A DNA stretch of 64,000 nucleotides, from assembly GCF_006345805.1 (NCBI RefSeq), contig NC_043000.1:13392001-13456000 (forward strand), in the 5' to 3' direction. Made by a program: the position numbers and the translations under genes. The notes under the pieces were generated by a model. It was not told the DNA's origin and made no database searches. It saw only the letters and a program-made list of their open reading frames with translations. Positions 35,906-48,009 of this stretch are shown in pieces; position 1 is the stretch's first letter; each line of letters starts with the position of its first letter. This DNA comes from Octopus sinensis (Eukaryota).

Positions 35906-36707
35906 GGTTTACTGGGGCTAAGCCATTCCTTACGCTGCTTCATATTGATGTACAAGTACCATTAGGCGACATTTGACGTAAAACGCTATGTTACAACAGT
36001 TTGTCCTCTTGGCAGTTCACTCATCACAGTCATTAAAAAGACTGAGCCATGTCCGATGAACGTTATTTTACATTTTCGTACTTAGAAAGTTCTACAACAT
36101 GAAACATACCAGAGACATGCATTGGCTGTTCAGAGACTAAATTTATATTGTATAGTATATGCGTGTGTGTGTGTTGTGTGTGTGTGTGTGTGTGTGTGTC
36201 TGTGTGTGTGTGTGTGTCTCTGTGTGTGTGTATGTGTACATAAACACACACAGAGACAGAGAAACAAAGCAAAAGATCAAATGGTATGATATCTATCTAT
36301 TGTGGGTTCTTATTTCTTTGTCCTCGGGATTATCCTTTCGACGGATCTCGTTTTACTGTATCCTAGCTACATTAAGTCTCTTCAGTAGATAATAACGTGA
36401 TGACGTTTTCGGACAGCTGCTTATGATGCGGGTGATATCTTCGGTATTAACTCCACAAAGTCTGCATCAGTTGTCGCATTTTCCTGCCTTTCCTGCATCT
36501 CTGTCCTTTTTGTGCATCAGGTATTTGGTTGAGATTTCCTGTTCCTGAATTGCAAATGCAATGTATGTATGTATGTATGTATGTATGTATGTATGTATGT
36601 ATGTATGTATGTATGTATGTATGTATGTATGTATGTATGTATGTATGTATGTATGTGTGTGTGTGTGTTTGTGTGAAGAGAGAGAGAAAGAGAGAGAGAG
36701 AGTGGGG

Positions 36708-36794
<87 letters not shown>

Positions 36795-37886
36795 ATATGA
36801 CATGACATGATATGATATGATATAATATGATATGATATATGTGTATATATGTGTACAAATATTTCGTGCAAGGCCGAAATACGTACGTTTCTGACTGGGC
36901 ACCCAGTGAACATCGCTTGGAGAATGACAACTTCAAAATCAAATGTGGGCTCCTTTCACTAAACAATTCTAGAAAAAAAAAAAAAGGATCCCTCTGATAC
37001 GGTATTTGCAGCTGAAACACATCAGCGTTTTCGTTTTGCTTGTCACTGGATATTCAACTAGGGATACCCAGAGAGTGAGGTACGTGTCGTATAAGCGTAT
37101 GTCACGCCAATTCAACGATGTATAGATGTGTCATCGCCATGTCTTGTTCATTTTGTCGTTCAAGAGTCATCTTAGATCACATGGGCGTATAGAAGTGAAC
37201 AGGGATTGACTAAACAATGAATAATGAAACTGTTTTCATTTAACATGATTAAGCAATCATCATTTATGTATGTATATGTTATATACACTCTTACAAGCTG
37301 ATGAGTCACTGTGTTGTTATTACATGTCACTCGCTTTCATTGTTTTAGAAGTTTGTGTACAAAAGGCATACTCTTTTTTTACTCTTTTTTACTCTTTTTT
37401 TACTCTTTTTTACTCTTTTTACTGGTTCAGTCATTTGACTGCGGCCATGCTGGAGCACCGCCTTTAGTCGAGCAAATCGACCCCGGGACTTATTCTTGGT
37501 AAGCCCAGTACTTATTCTATCGGTCTCTTTTAGCCGACCGCTAAGGGGGGACGTAAACACACCAGCACTCGGTTGTCAAGCAATGCTAGAGGGACAAACA
37601 CAGACACACAAACATATACATACACATATATATATATATGTTTTTTTTTGTTTTTTTTTTTAGTTACTTCCGCCACTGGACTGCGGCCATGCTGGAGCGC
37701 CACTTTCAACGGTTTTGTCAAATAGAATATTTTTGCTGAAAAGCTAAGTTACAGGGACGTAGACAAACCAACGCCGGTGGTCAAGCGGTGGTGAGGGAGA
37801 AACACAAATACGAAGACACAAACATACATGTCGGCCCGGGCCTATAGTAGAAGACATTTAGCTTTTGAGCCGTGCAGTGGAAGTGA

Positions 37887-37986
37887 NNNNNNNNNNNNNN
37901 NNNNNNNNNNNNNNNNNNNNNNNNNNNNNNNNNNNNNNNNNNNNNNNNNNNNNNNNNNNNNNNNNNNNNNNNNNNNNNNNNNNNNN
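37887..37986. other. Assembly gap (100 N)
   Basis: Run of 100 n; contiguity across it is not guaranteed. Confidence 1.
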
Positions 37987-38425
37987 GTAGTACTAGTTGT
38001 AGTGGTGGTGGTTGTGGTAGTGGTGCTAGTAATAATAGTTGTGTTGGCACTAGTGGTGTTAGTGGTGTTAATGGCAGTGTTGGTGCTGGTACTGGTGGCA
38101 GTAGTGGTGGTGTTGATAACAGTGGTGGCAGTAGCATTGGTGTTGGCATCCACATTGAAAATGTTGTTGTTGGTGGTGTGGTGGTGGTAGTGGTGGTGGT
38201 GTTGGTGGTAGTAGTGGTAATGATAGCTTATAAAAGTGGTGTTTTGTGGTGGGTGTGGCTGTGAGGGTAGTGGTTACCATTTTATAACTCATGTTATAGT
38301 AGATGTTGATACCCTGAATAGAAGTGAGGATGGTCATGGTTGATGTGGTGGTCGTGGGTGTTAAGGCAAGCAGTAATAGTAGCAGCAGCAGCAGTAGCAG
38401 CAGCAGCAGTAGTAGTAGTAGTAGT

Positions 38426-38459
<34 letters not shown>

Positions 38460-38460
38460 A
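37987..38460. repeat. (GTN)n/(AGC)n/(AGT)n trinucleotide low-complexity tract
   Basis: Seen directly. A similar (CTG/TTG)n tract lies at 40030-40350. Confidence 0.85.
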
Positions 38461-38767
38461 TAGAATAAATACCTGGCTTACAAAGAATATGTCCTGGGGT
38501 GTGCTCCAGTATGGCTGAAACATGTAAAAGAATAAAAGAATATGTATATATTTATGTGTGTGTCTGTTTGTCCCTCCTACCATCGCCTGAAAACCGATGT
38601 TGGTGTGTTTACGTCCTCGTAACTTAGCAGTTTGGCAAAAGACACTGATAGAATAAATACTAGCCTTACAAAAAATGAGGCCTGAGGTCAATTTCTTCAA
38701 ATAAAAACCCTTTAAGGCGTTGCTCCAGCATGACCGCAGTCAAATGACTGAAGTAAAAAATAAAAGA

Positions 38768-38826
<59 letters not shown>

Positions 38827-38834
38827 ATATTCTT

Positions 38835-38883
<49 letters not shown>

Positions 38884-39558
38884 TGAGAATGTCTTTTACA
38901 CCTTATTTCCGAAGAGAAGATAGGTAAATGATTTAAAGGACATTTGACTGCTATTTCTAGCAGCTTGGGTGAATAGTGAAAAGACTCCCTCTCACGGCTT
39001 GGGCTCAGTGCTATTGTTTTAATTGGTGTTGCTGCCTTATGTGTTGTTTAACCATTGGTCAAGCAAAACCCAATGATATAAAACCATAAAAAGCATTCCA
39101 TCTGTGACCATCCCATCTTTTAAATAGGCGTAGGAGTGGCTGCGTGGCAAGTAGCTTGCTTACCAATGACATGGCTCAGGGTTCAATCCCACTGCGTGGC
39201 ACCTTGGGCAAGTGTCTTCTACTATAGCCTTGGGCCGACCAAAGCCTTGTGAGTGGATTTGGTAGACGGAAACTGAAAGAAGCCCATCATATATATGTAT
39301 GTATGTGTGTGTGTGTGTGTGTGTTTGTCCCGACAACATCGCTTGACAACCGATGGTGGTGTGTTTACGTCCCCGTAACCTGGCGCTTCGGCAAAAATGA
39401 CCGATAGAATAAGTACTAGGCTTATAGGTTTGCAAAGAATAAGTCCTGGGGTCGATTTGCTCGACTAAAGGCGGCGCTCCAGCATGGCCGCAGTCAAATG
39501 ACTGAAACGAGCAAAAATTTTTTTTAAAGATATATATATATAGAGAGATTATATATAC

Positions 39559-39608
<50 letters not shown>

Positions 39609-39712
39609 CTATATATATATATATATATAAAATAATATATATTATAGAATATATGTATATATCTATACATACATACATACATACAAACATATATATATAT
39701 ATATATTATATA

Positions 39713-39743
<31 letters not shown>

Positions 39744-39788
39744 GATATATATTATATGTGATTTATGTATATATATATATACACATAT

Positions 39789-39821
<33 letters not shown>

Positions 39822-40076
39822 CTATATATATATATAATAGATATATGTATGTATATATATATATACCACATACACACTTTGTTTCTTATTCCTTATTTCA
39901 GAAGAGAAAGACAATAACAAGCTAGTGTGATTTAAAGGACACTTGACTGCTATTTCTAGCAGCTTGGATGACTCTGTGTACAGGGGACTCCCTCATCCCC
40001 CCCACCTCCCCCTTCCTTCTTTGAGCCTATAGTTGTTATTGTTGTTAATTGATGTTGTTGTTGCTACACAAGTTGT

Positions 40077-40112
<36 letters not shown>

Positions 40113-40502
40113 CCTTGTTTGCTGTTGTTGCTGTTCTTGTTAATGTCCTATTGTCACCACTCCTGCTGTTGCTACTACTACTCTTATGGTCGTTTCTCAT
40201 GTTGGTGTTGATGTTGTTGCTGCTGCTTTTGTCCTTGTTGTTGCCACTGATGCGGCTGCTGCCTTTGCTGCCGTTGCTGCTGCTCTATTGTTCACCCTGT
40301 GCCCACTACTACTGCTGCTGCTGTTGCTGTCGCTGTCGCTGCAGCAGATGTTACAGTTTTTAAACTGGAGTAAACCGTGTGTACGTATGTATTTGTATTG
40401 CACGTGTATTTCGACCTATATACGTGCATCCGTACGCACCTACATACGAGCATACACCCCGAGTATGTGTGTGAGTATGAGCGCGAGTGTGAGTGTGAGG
40501 CG

Positions 40503-41283
40503 GAGAGCTGGCAGAAACGTTAGCACGCCGGGCGAAATGCTTAGCGGTATTTCGTCTGCCGCTACGTCCTGAGTTCAAATTCCGCCGAGGTCGACTTTGC
40601 CTTTCATCCTTTCGGGATCGATAAATTAAGTACCAGTTACGCACTGGGGTCGATGTAATCGACTTAATATACCTATGTCTGTCCTGTCTGTCCCCTCTGT
40701 GTTTAGCCCCTTGTGGGTAATAAAGAAATAGGTATTTCGTCTGCCCCTACGTTCTGAGTTCAAATTCCGCCGAGGTCGACTTTGCCTTTCATCCTTTCGG
40801 GATCGATAAATTAAGTACCAGTTACGCACTGGGGTCGATGTAATCGACTTAATACCTATGTCCTGTCCTTGTTTGTCCCCTCTGTGTGTTTAGCCCCTTG
40901 TGGGTAATAAAGAAATAGGTATTTCGTCTGCGTTACGTTGTGTGTTCAAATTCCGCCGAGGTCGACTTTGCCTTTCATCCTTTCGGGGTCGATAAATTAA
41001 GTACCAGTTACGCACTGGGGTCGATGTAATCGACTTAATACCTATGTCTGTCCTTGTTTGTCCCCTCTGTGTTTAGCCCCTTGTGGGTAATAAAGAAATA
41101 GGTATTTCGTCTGCGTTACGTTGTGTGTTCAAATTCCGCCGAGGTCGACTTTGCCTTTCATCCTTTCGGGGTCGATAAATTAAGTACCAGTTACGCACTG
41201 GGGTCGATGTAATCGACTTAATACCTATGTCTGTCCTTGTTTGTCCCCTCTGTGTTTAGCCCCTTGTGGGTAATAAAGAAATA
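40503..41283 (+). mobile_element. Family A SINE tetramer
   Basis: Headed unit 40503-40730, then units starting at 40731, 40918 and 41101; same junction. Confidence 0.9.
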
Positions 41284-41284
41284 G

Positions 41285-42016
41285 GTTGTGTGAGTGCAAA
41301 TTGTTTGTATGTGTATGTGTAATTATGCGTGTGTATGTGTGTGAATGAGTGTAAGTATAATGTAAGTGTGTATGCGTGTGTTTGGGGAGATGTTTGTGTG
41401 TGAGTGAAATTATGAGTGAGTGTTTGTGTGAGTGTGCGGGAGAGTATGAGGGTGTGTGTGAGTATAAGTTTGTGTGTGAGAGAGAGAGAGTGGGATAGCG
41501 TGTGTGTGTGTGTGTGTAAGCGCGAGTGTGAGTGAAATTGTATATGTATGTGTAGTTATATGTGTGCGAGTGATTGTAAATATAATGTGTGTATGCGTGT
41601 GTTTGGGAGTATGTTTGTGTGCGCGTATGTATGTGTGTGAGTGAAATTATGAGTGAGTGTTTGTGCGAGAGAGTATGAGGGTGTGTTTGAGTATAGGTTT
41701 GTGTGTATGTGTAGTTATGCGCGTGCATGTGTGCGAGTGAGTGTAAGTATAATGTGTGTATGCGTGGGTTTGGGTGTATGTTTGTGTGCGCGTGTGTATG
41801 TATGTATGTATGTATGTATGTATGCATGTGTGCATGTATGTATGTATGTATGTATGTATGTATGTATGTATGTATGTATGTTTGTGTGCGCGTGTGTATG
41901 TATGTATGTATGTATGTATGTATGTATGTTATGTATGTTTGTGTGGCGTGTTGTGTATGTATGGATTTGTATGTATGTATGTATGTATGTATGTTGTATG
42001 TATGTATGTCTGTATG

Positions 42017-42047
<31 letters not shown>

Positions 42048-44990
42048 GCATGTATGTATGTATGTATGTATGTATGTATGTATGTCTGTATGTATGTATG
42101 TATGTATGTATGTATTATGTATGTTTGTGTGCGGTGGGTATGTATGTATGTATGTATGTATGTATGTATTGTATGTATGTATGTATGTATGCATGTATGT
42201 ATGTATGTTTGTCTGTATGTATGTATGCATGTATGTATGTATGTATGTATGCATGTATGTAGTATGTATGTATGTATGTATGTATGTATGTATGTATGTA
42301 TGTATGAATGTGTGGCATGTATGTATGTATGTATGTATGCATGTATGTATGCATGCCTGTATGTATGTATGTATGTATGTATGTATTGTTGTATGTATGT
42401 ATGCATGTATGTATGTATGTATGTATGTATATATGTATGTATGTATGCATGTATGTATGTATGATGTATGTATGTATGTCTCTGATGTATGTATGTATGT
42501 AGTATGTATGTATGCATGCATGAATGTATGTATGTATGCATGCATGCATGTATGTATGTATGTATGTATGTAGTATGTATGTATGTATGTAGTGTATGCA
42601 TGATGTATGTATTGCATGTATGTATGTATGTATGTATGTCTGTATGTATGTATGCATGTAATGTATGTATGTATGCATGTATGTATGTATGTATGTATGT
42701 ATGTATGTATGTATGTATGCATGCATGTATGTATGTATGTATGTATGTATGTATGTATGCATGCATGTATGTCGTGTATGTATGTATGTATGTATGTATG
42801 TATGTATGTATGCATGTATGTATGTATGTATGTCTGTATGTATGTATGCATGTATGTATGTATGTATGTATGCATGTATGTATGCATGCATGTATGTATG
42901 TATGTATGTCTGTATGTATGTATGCATGTATGTATGTATGTATGTATGCATGTATGTATGTATGTATGTATGTATGTATGTATGTATGTCTGTATGTATG
43001 TATGTATGAATGTGTGCATGTATGTATGTATGTATGTATGCATGTATGTATGCATGCATGTATGTATGTATGTATGTATGTATGTATGCATGTATGTATG
43101 TATGTATGTATGTATATATGTATGTATGTATGCATGTATGTATGTATGTATGTATGTATGTATGTATGTATGTATGTCTGTATGTATGTATGTATGTATG
43201 TATGCATGCATGAATGTATGTATGTATGCATGCATGCATGTATGTATGTATGTATGTATGTATGTATGTATGTATGTATGTATGCATGCATGTATGTATG
43301 CATGTATGTATGTATGTATGTATGTCTGTATGTATGTATGCATGTATGTATGTATGATGCATGTATGTATGTATGTATGTATGTAGTATGTATGTATGTA
43401 TATGCATGCATGTATGTATGTATGTTGTATGTGATGTATGTATGCATGCATGTATGTATGTCTGTATGAGTATGTATGTATGTATGTATGTATGCATGTA
43501 TGTATGTATGTATGTCTGTATGTATGTATGCATGTATGTATGTATGTATGTATGTATGTATGCATGTATGTATGCATGTATGTATGTATGTATGCATGTA
43601 TGTATGTATGTATTATGTATGTATGCATGTATGTATGTATGTATGTATGTATGTATGTATGCCATGTATGTATGTATGATGTATTATTGTATGTATGTAT
43701 GCATGTATGTGTATGTATGTATGTATGTATGTCTGTATGTATGTATGTATGTATGTATGTATGCATGCATGCATGCATGTATGTATGTATGTATGTATGC
43801 ATGCATGCATGTATGTATGTATGTATGTATGTATGTATGCATGCATGTATGTATGTATGTATGTATGTATGTATGTATGCATGCATGCATGTATGTATGT
43901 ATGTATGTATGTATGTATGTATGTATGCATGTATGTATGTATGTATGTAATGTATGTATGTATGTATGTATGTCTGTATGTATGTAGTATGTATGTATGT
44001 ATGCATGTATGTATGTATGTATGTATGTATGTATGTATGCATGTATGTATGTATGTATGTATGCATGTATGTATGTATGTATGTCTGTATGTATGTATGC
44101 ATGTATGTATGTATGTAGTATGTATGTCATGCAGTATGTATGTATGTATGTATGTTTGTGTGCGCGTGGTGTATGTATGAATGTATGTATGTATGTATGA
44201 TGTATGTATGTATGCAGTATGTATGTATGTATGTCTGTAGTATGTATGTATGTATGTATGTATGTATGTATGCATGTATGTATGTATGTATGTCTGTATG
44301 TATGTATGCATGTATGTATGTATGTATGCATGTATGTATGTATGTATGTATGTATGTATGTATGTATGCATGCATGTATGTATGTATGTATGTATGTATG
44401 TCTGTATGTATGTATGTATGTATGTATGTATGTATGCATGTATGTATGCATGCATGCATGTAGGTAGTATGTATGTATGTATGTATGTATGTATGCATGT
44501 ATGTATGTATGTATGTATGCATGTATGTATGTATGTATGTATGTATGTATGTATGCATGTATGTATGTATGTATGTATGTATGTATGTATGCATGTATGT
44601 ATGTATGTATGTATGTATGTATGTGTGAGTGAAATTATGAGTGAGTGTGCGAGAGACTATGAGGGTGTGTGTGAGTATAAGTTTGTGTGCGTGCGCGCGG
44701 TGTGTGTGTGTGTGTGTGTGTGAGCGCGAATGTGAGTGCAAATTGTTTGTGTGTATGTGTAACTATGCGTGTGCATGTGTGCGAGTGAGTGTAAGTATAA
44801 TGTGTGTATTCGTGGGTTTGTGAGTGAGCGTGTGTTTGGGAGCATGTTTGTGTGCGCGTGTGTATGTGTGTGAGAGTGAATTTATGAGTGAGTGTGCGAG
44901 AGGGAGACTATGAGGGTGTGTGTGAGCGTGAGTATAAGTCTGTGTGTGTGAGAGAGAGAGTGGGATAGTGTGTGTGTGTGCGTGCGTGTG
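41285..44990. repeat. GT-rich ~240-bp minisatellite interrupted by a ~2.8-kb (TATG)n expansion (41797-44624)
   Basis: The motifs GTGAAATTATGAGTGAG, GTAAGTATAATG and TATGAGGGTGTG recur on both sides of the (TATG)n block. Confidence 0.9.
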
Positions 44991-45299
44991 CACGTGCTCA
45001 AAAGAGATTATAATTTTAAAGCTAGATTAAGAATAACAACAGCGAAATTAACTGACGGAGGGGGGGGGCACTCAAAAATTAAAGTAAAACGTATGAAATT
45101 CATGTTCACTGGGACGTCAAGCGCTTATTTGATGGCTTATTCAAGTACACTGTGTGTATGTGTGTGTTTGTGTATGTTCATGGATATATATACTGTTTTA
45201 CATGTTTATAAAGTGCTTAAGTTTGACATAAATATCAGTACGCAAGCATAAATATATACATATATATATATACATAAATATATACATATATATATACAT

Positions 45300-45510
45300 G
45301 TGCCAGTGGCACGTAAATGTGCCGGTGGCACGTAAAAAGCACCCACTGCACTCACGGAGTGGTTGGCGTTAGGAAGGGCATCCAGCTGTAGAAACACTGC
45401 CAGATCAGACTGGGCCTGGTGCAGCCTTCTGGCTTCCCAGACCCCAGTTGAACCGTCCAACTCATGCCAGCACGGAAAGCGGACGTTAAATGATGATGAT
45501 GATGATGTAG
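45300..45510 (+). mobile_element. RTE 3'-end-derived repeat (family D here) with (GAT)n tail
   Basis: GGTGGCACGTAAAAAGCACC...GTTAGGAAGGGCATCC...GGACGTTAAATGATGAT. Other copies at 45660-45817, 54900-55010, 55670-55820, 56660-56980 and 56981-57430(-). Confidence 0.8.
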
Positions 45511-45604
45511 GAACATGCATAATCACTATATTTATGTATATCATCATCATCATCATCATCATCGTTTATATGTATGTGTATATACGTGTATGTGAAAGTG
45601 TTTC

Positions 45605-45639
<35 letters not shown>

Positions 45640-45825
45640 GCACCGAGTCCACTCTGCAGAGTGGCTTGGTGTTAGGAAGGGCATCCAGCCGTGAAAACCT
45701 TGCCAAAACAGACACAGTAGCCTGGGCTGGTATTCCACCTGGCTGACTCCTGTCAATCTTTCTACCCATGCATGCATGGAAGACGGGTGTTAAACAATGA
45801 TGATGATGATGATGATGATATCATC

Positions 45826-46185
45826 ATCATCATTGTTCGACCGTGGTCGAGACAATGGAATTTACCATGCTACGCCAGACTTCACGGTCCATCATGGCAT
45901 TACGGAGGTCCTGTTGCTGGATGCCTGTATCCCTGGAGATTACATCAGGGTAGGAGAGTGTGCGCCCTCTGGTATTGTGAGTAGATGGCTTCCAGAGGAG
46001 AAGAGTAGAAATTACTTCTTTTTCAGCTCTACAACAATGTCCAGCAAACTGGACTCTCCTACCTTTCACAAGAGATGACACAGGTGGTAGTTTCCCATAT
46101 ATTTGCATTTTGGTTGGATGGCACTTCCACGAGAGATTTTGAGCTCTCATAAGGAGGCGAGTGTAGGTTCCATCCAACCACCTCT
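45826..46185 (-). pseudogene. RTE-clade LINE 3' remnant (RT C-terminus)
   Basis: DGTYTRLLMRAQNLSW...IYGKLP...RRVQFAGHCCR...DREVWRS, followed by a (TGA)n tail. Confidence 0.85.
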
Positions 46186-46455
46186 CAAGCTTCTTTGATA
46201 GCGTCCAGGTTTATGATGATATAACTGATAGCGAAGGATTATCAATCTGGGCAAAATGCTTTATAAAGTCTCTGTTGGCACACCAGCCTAACCGATATTA
46301 TTTAGATTAGTGAAGAACTCCAGTATATATTGTTGCACTTCAGGATGGTCATTTTATTTATTATCTTTTTTTTTCTGAGAAATAAACACATGAGCCATAT
46401 TTTTTTTATTTTTCTTCACTCGTCTGTTGATGTTATTTTATTAACGACTGTCCAT

Positions 46456-46500
46456 TGTCCAAAAATCTTCCGTCACACATCTGTGACCTCTTCAGCGACA
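46456..46500 (-). ncRNA. Degenerate type I hammerhead (PLE 3'-end fragment)
   Basis: Minus strand reads TGTCG-CTGAAGA-G-GTCACA-GATG-TGTGAC-GGAAGATTTT-TGGACA. An inverted sister copy lies at 46803-46839(+). Confidence 0.6.
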
Positions 46501-46802
46501 CTTTTCGTTTCCGTGTGTGTTCTTGGTCCACTTACTCCATTCTCTTGGGCAAGTGTGTTCTACTATAGCCTCAAGCCGACCAAAGCCTTGTGAGTGAATT
46601 TGGCAGATGGAAACTGAAAGAAGTCCATCATATATGTGTGTGTGCGTGTGTTTGTCTGTCTGTGTGTGTGTGTGTGTGTGTGTGTTTGTCTATCTGAGTT
46701 TGTCCCTGCCACCATTGCTTGGCAACTGATGTCACTGTGTTTACATCCTTGTAACTTAGCAAATGGAGAAAGTGGAGCAAGAACACATATGGAAATGAAA
46801 GG

Positions 46803-46839
46803 TGTCACTGAAGAGGTCACAGATGTGTGACGAAAGATG
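46803..46839 (+). ncRNA. Hammerhead core, 3' half truncated
   Basis: TGTCA-CTGAAGA-G-GTCACA-GATG-TGTGAC-GAAA; the helix III and helix I partners are replaced by RTE 3' sequence. Confidence 0.55.
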
Positions 46840-47875
46840 CCTTTCCTAATGCCAACCACTTTACAGTGTGGACTGGACGCTTTTTAAGTGCTACCAGCAC
46901 TGGCAGGTTCACCAAGTGGCTTGCAAGACAAAAATCCTTTGAGAGGGGATCTTGTGTTAGATGAGGCAGAGAGTCAGCAACAGGTGTCTTGTTGTAGGAG
47001 AGGTGCATGGTTATCCAGAGAGAGGGGGAGAGAGAGTGTGTGTGAGAGAGAGAGAGAATGAGAACAGAAAGAGGTGCGCTGCTGTAAAAGAGATATATGG
47101 TTACCCCACCTGAGGGAATAGCAGGAGAAGGAGAGAGTGTGGGAGACAGCAGGAGTGCAAGAGAGAGCAAGATAGAGATGGTGGCAAAATGCTGGTCATA
47201 CTCACAAAGGATGGGATCAGAATAAAAGTGGGATGGTCAAGCTATCAGAATATAAATAGATTGCTTGAATAACAGGAGAAAGAGAGATAGTGGCAAGTAT
47301 CAGGGTATACCCTTGAGGTATAGAGGTCATATATAAGTGGCGGGGCATTACCAAAGAAGCATGAGTAGAGTGTGGGGGAGAGGAATGTAGTGAGTGGTTA
47401 AAATCTGGGTATCTAGGTGATAGGAGTTACTGGACAGCGATGATACAGTGAACAGGACCATGAAGACAGGATTGGGAAGTGAGAGATAAGCATAGTGCAT
47501 GAAAGAGGAGATGTCTTCCCTTTTCCATGGATACCCTCCACTTTCAGTAATCAGCATTTCTTTATACAGCTATCTTCATTCATATGCATCACATGTCCAA
47601 ACTAATGTAGTCTTCTCTCTTGCATGCTACATTAGATTCCTCTTATGCTCAACTTTTCTCTCAATACATTTGCACTTCGTTGTACATGTGCACTGATGTT
47701 GCACATCCAGAGGGCATACTATCTTCATTTCTCTCCAGTCTATGCATGTTTTCTGCATTTAGAGTCCATGTCTCACTACCATGGCGTATAGCCATTTGCA
47801 CACAAGCATCATACAGTCTACTTTTCACTCTGAAAGAGAGTCCTTTTGTTGCCAACAGAGGTAGTAGCAGAGTGG
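46836..47875 (-). pseudogene. Second RTE-clade LINE remnant (RT C-terminus and 3' UTR)
   Basis: LLPLLATKGLSFRVKSRLYDAC...HGSETW...RLERNE, then WMCNIS...LREKL...QERRL..FGHV with stops. The 3' UTR runs into the family D motif. Confidence 0.8.
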
Positions 47876-48009
47876 ACTTGGTGTATATATATATACACAC
47901 ACATACATTAATACACATACATGCAAAATCGCACACACAAACTCATACACTTACTTGCATAATAACCAATTGTCAAAACATAATGCTTTGTTTGTGTGTT
48001 TTCTTTTAT

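Noticed and set aside
36325-36400. Minus-strand CTGAAGA-GAC...GTC-GAAA hammerhead-like core
   Set aside because: No U-H cleavage triplet and no helix I partner; likely chance.
39890-39915. ATTTCAGAAGAGAAAGACAAT resembling the start of the 16361 hammerhead
   Set aside because: The core is broken and there is no downstream GAAAC; similarity is too short.
41225-44741. Very long ORFs (790, 795 and 516 aa; HTYI/MYVC repeats)
   Set aside because: Translations of a stop-free (TATG)n microsatellite. The same applies to the YIYI, LSIY, VCVC and HTHT ORFs throughout the window.
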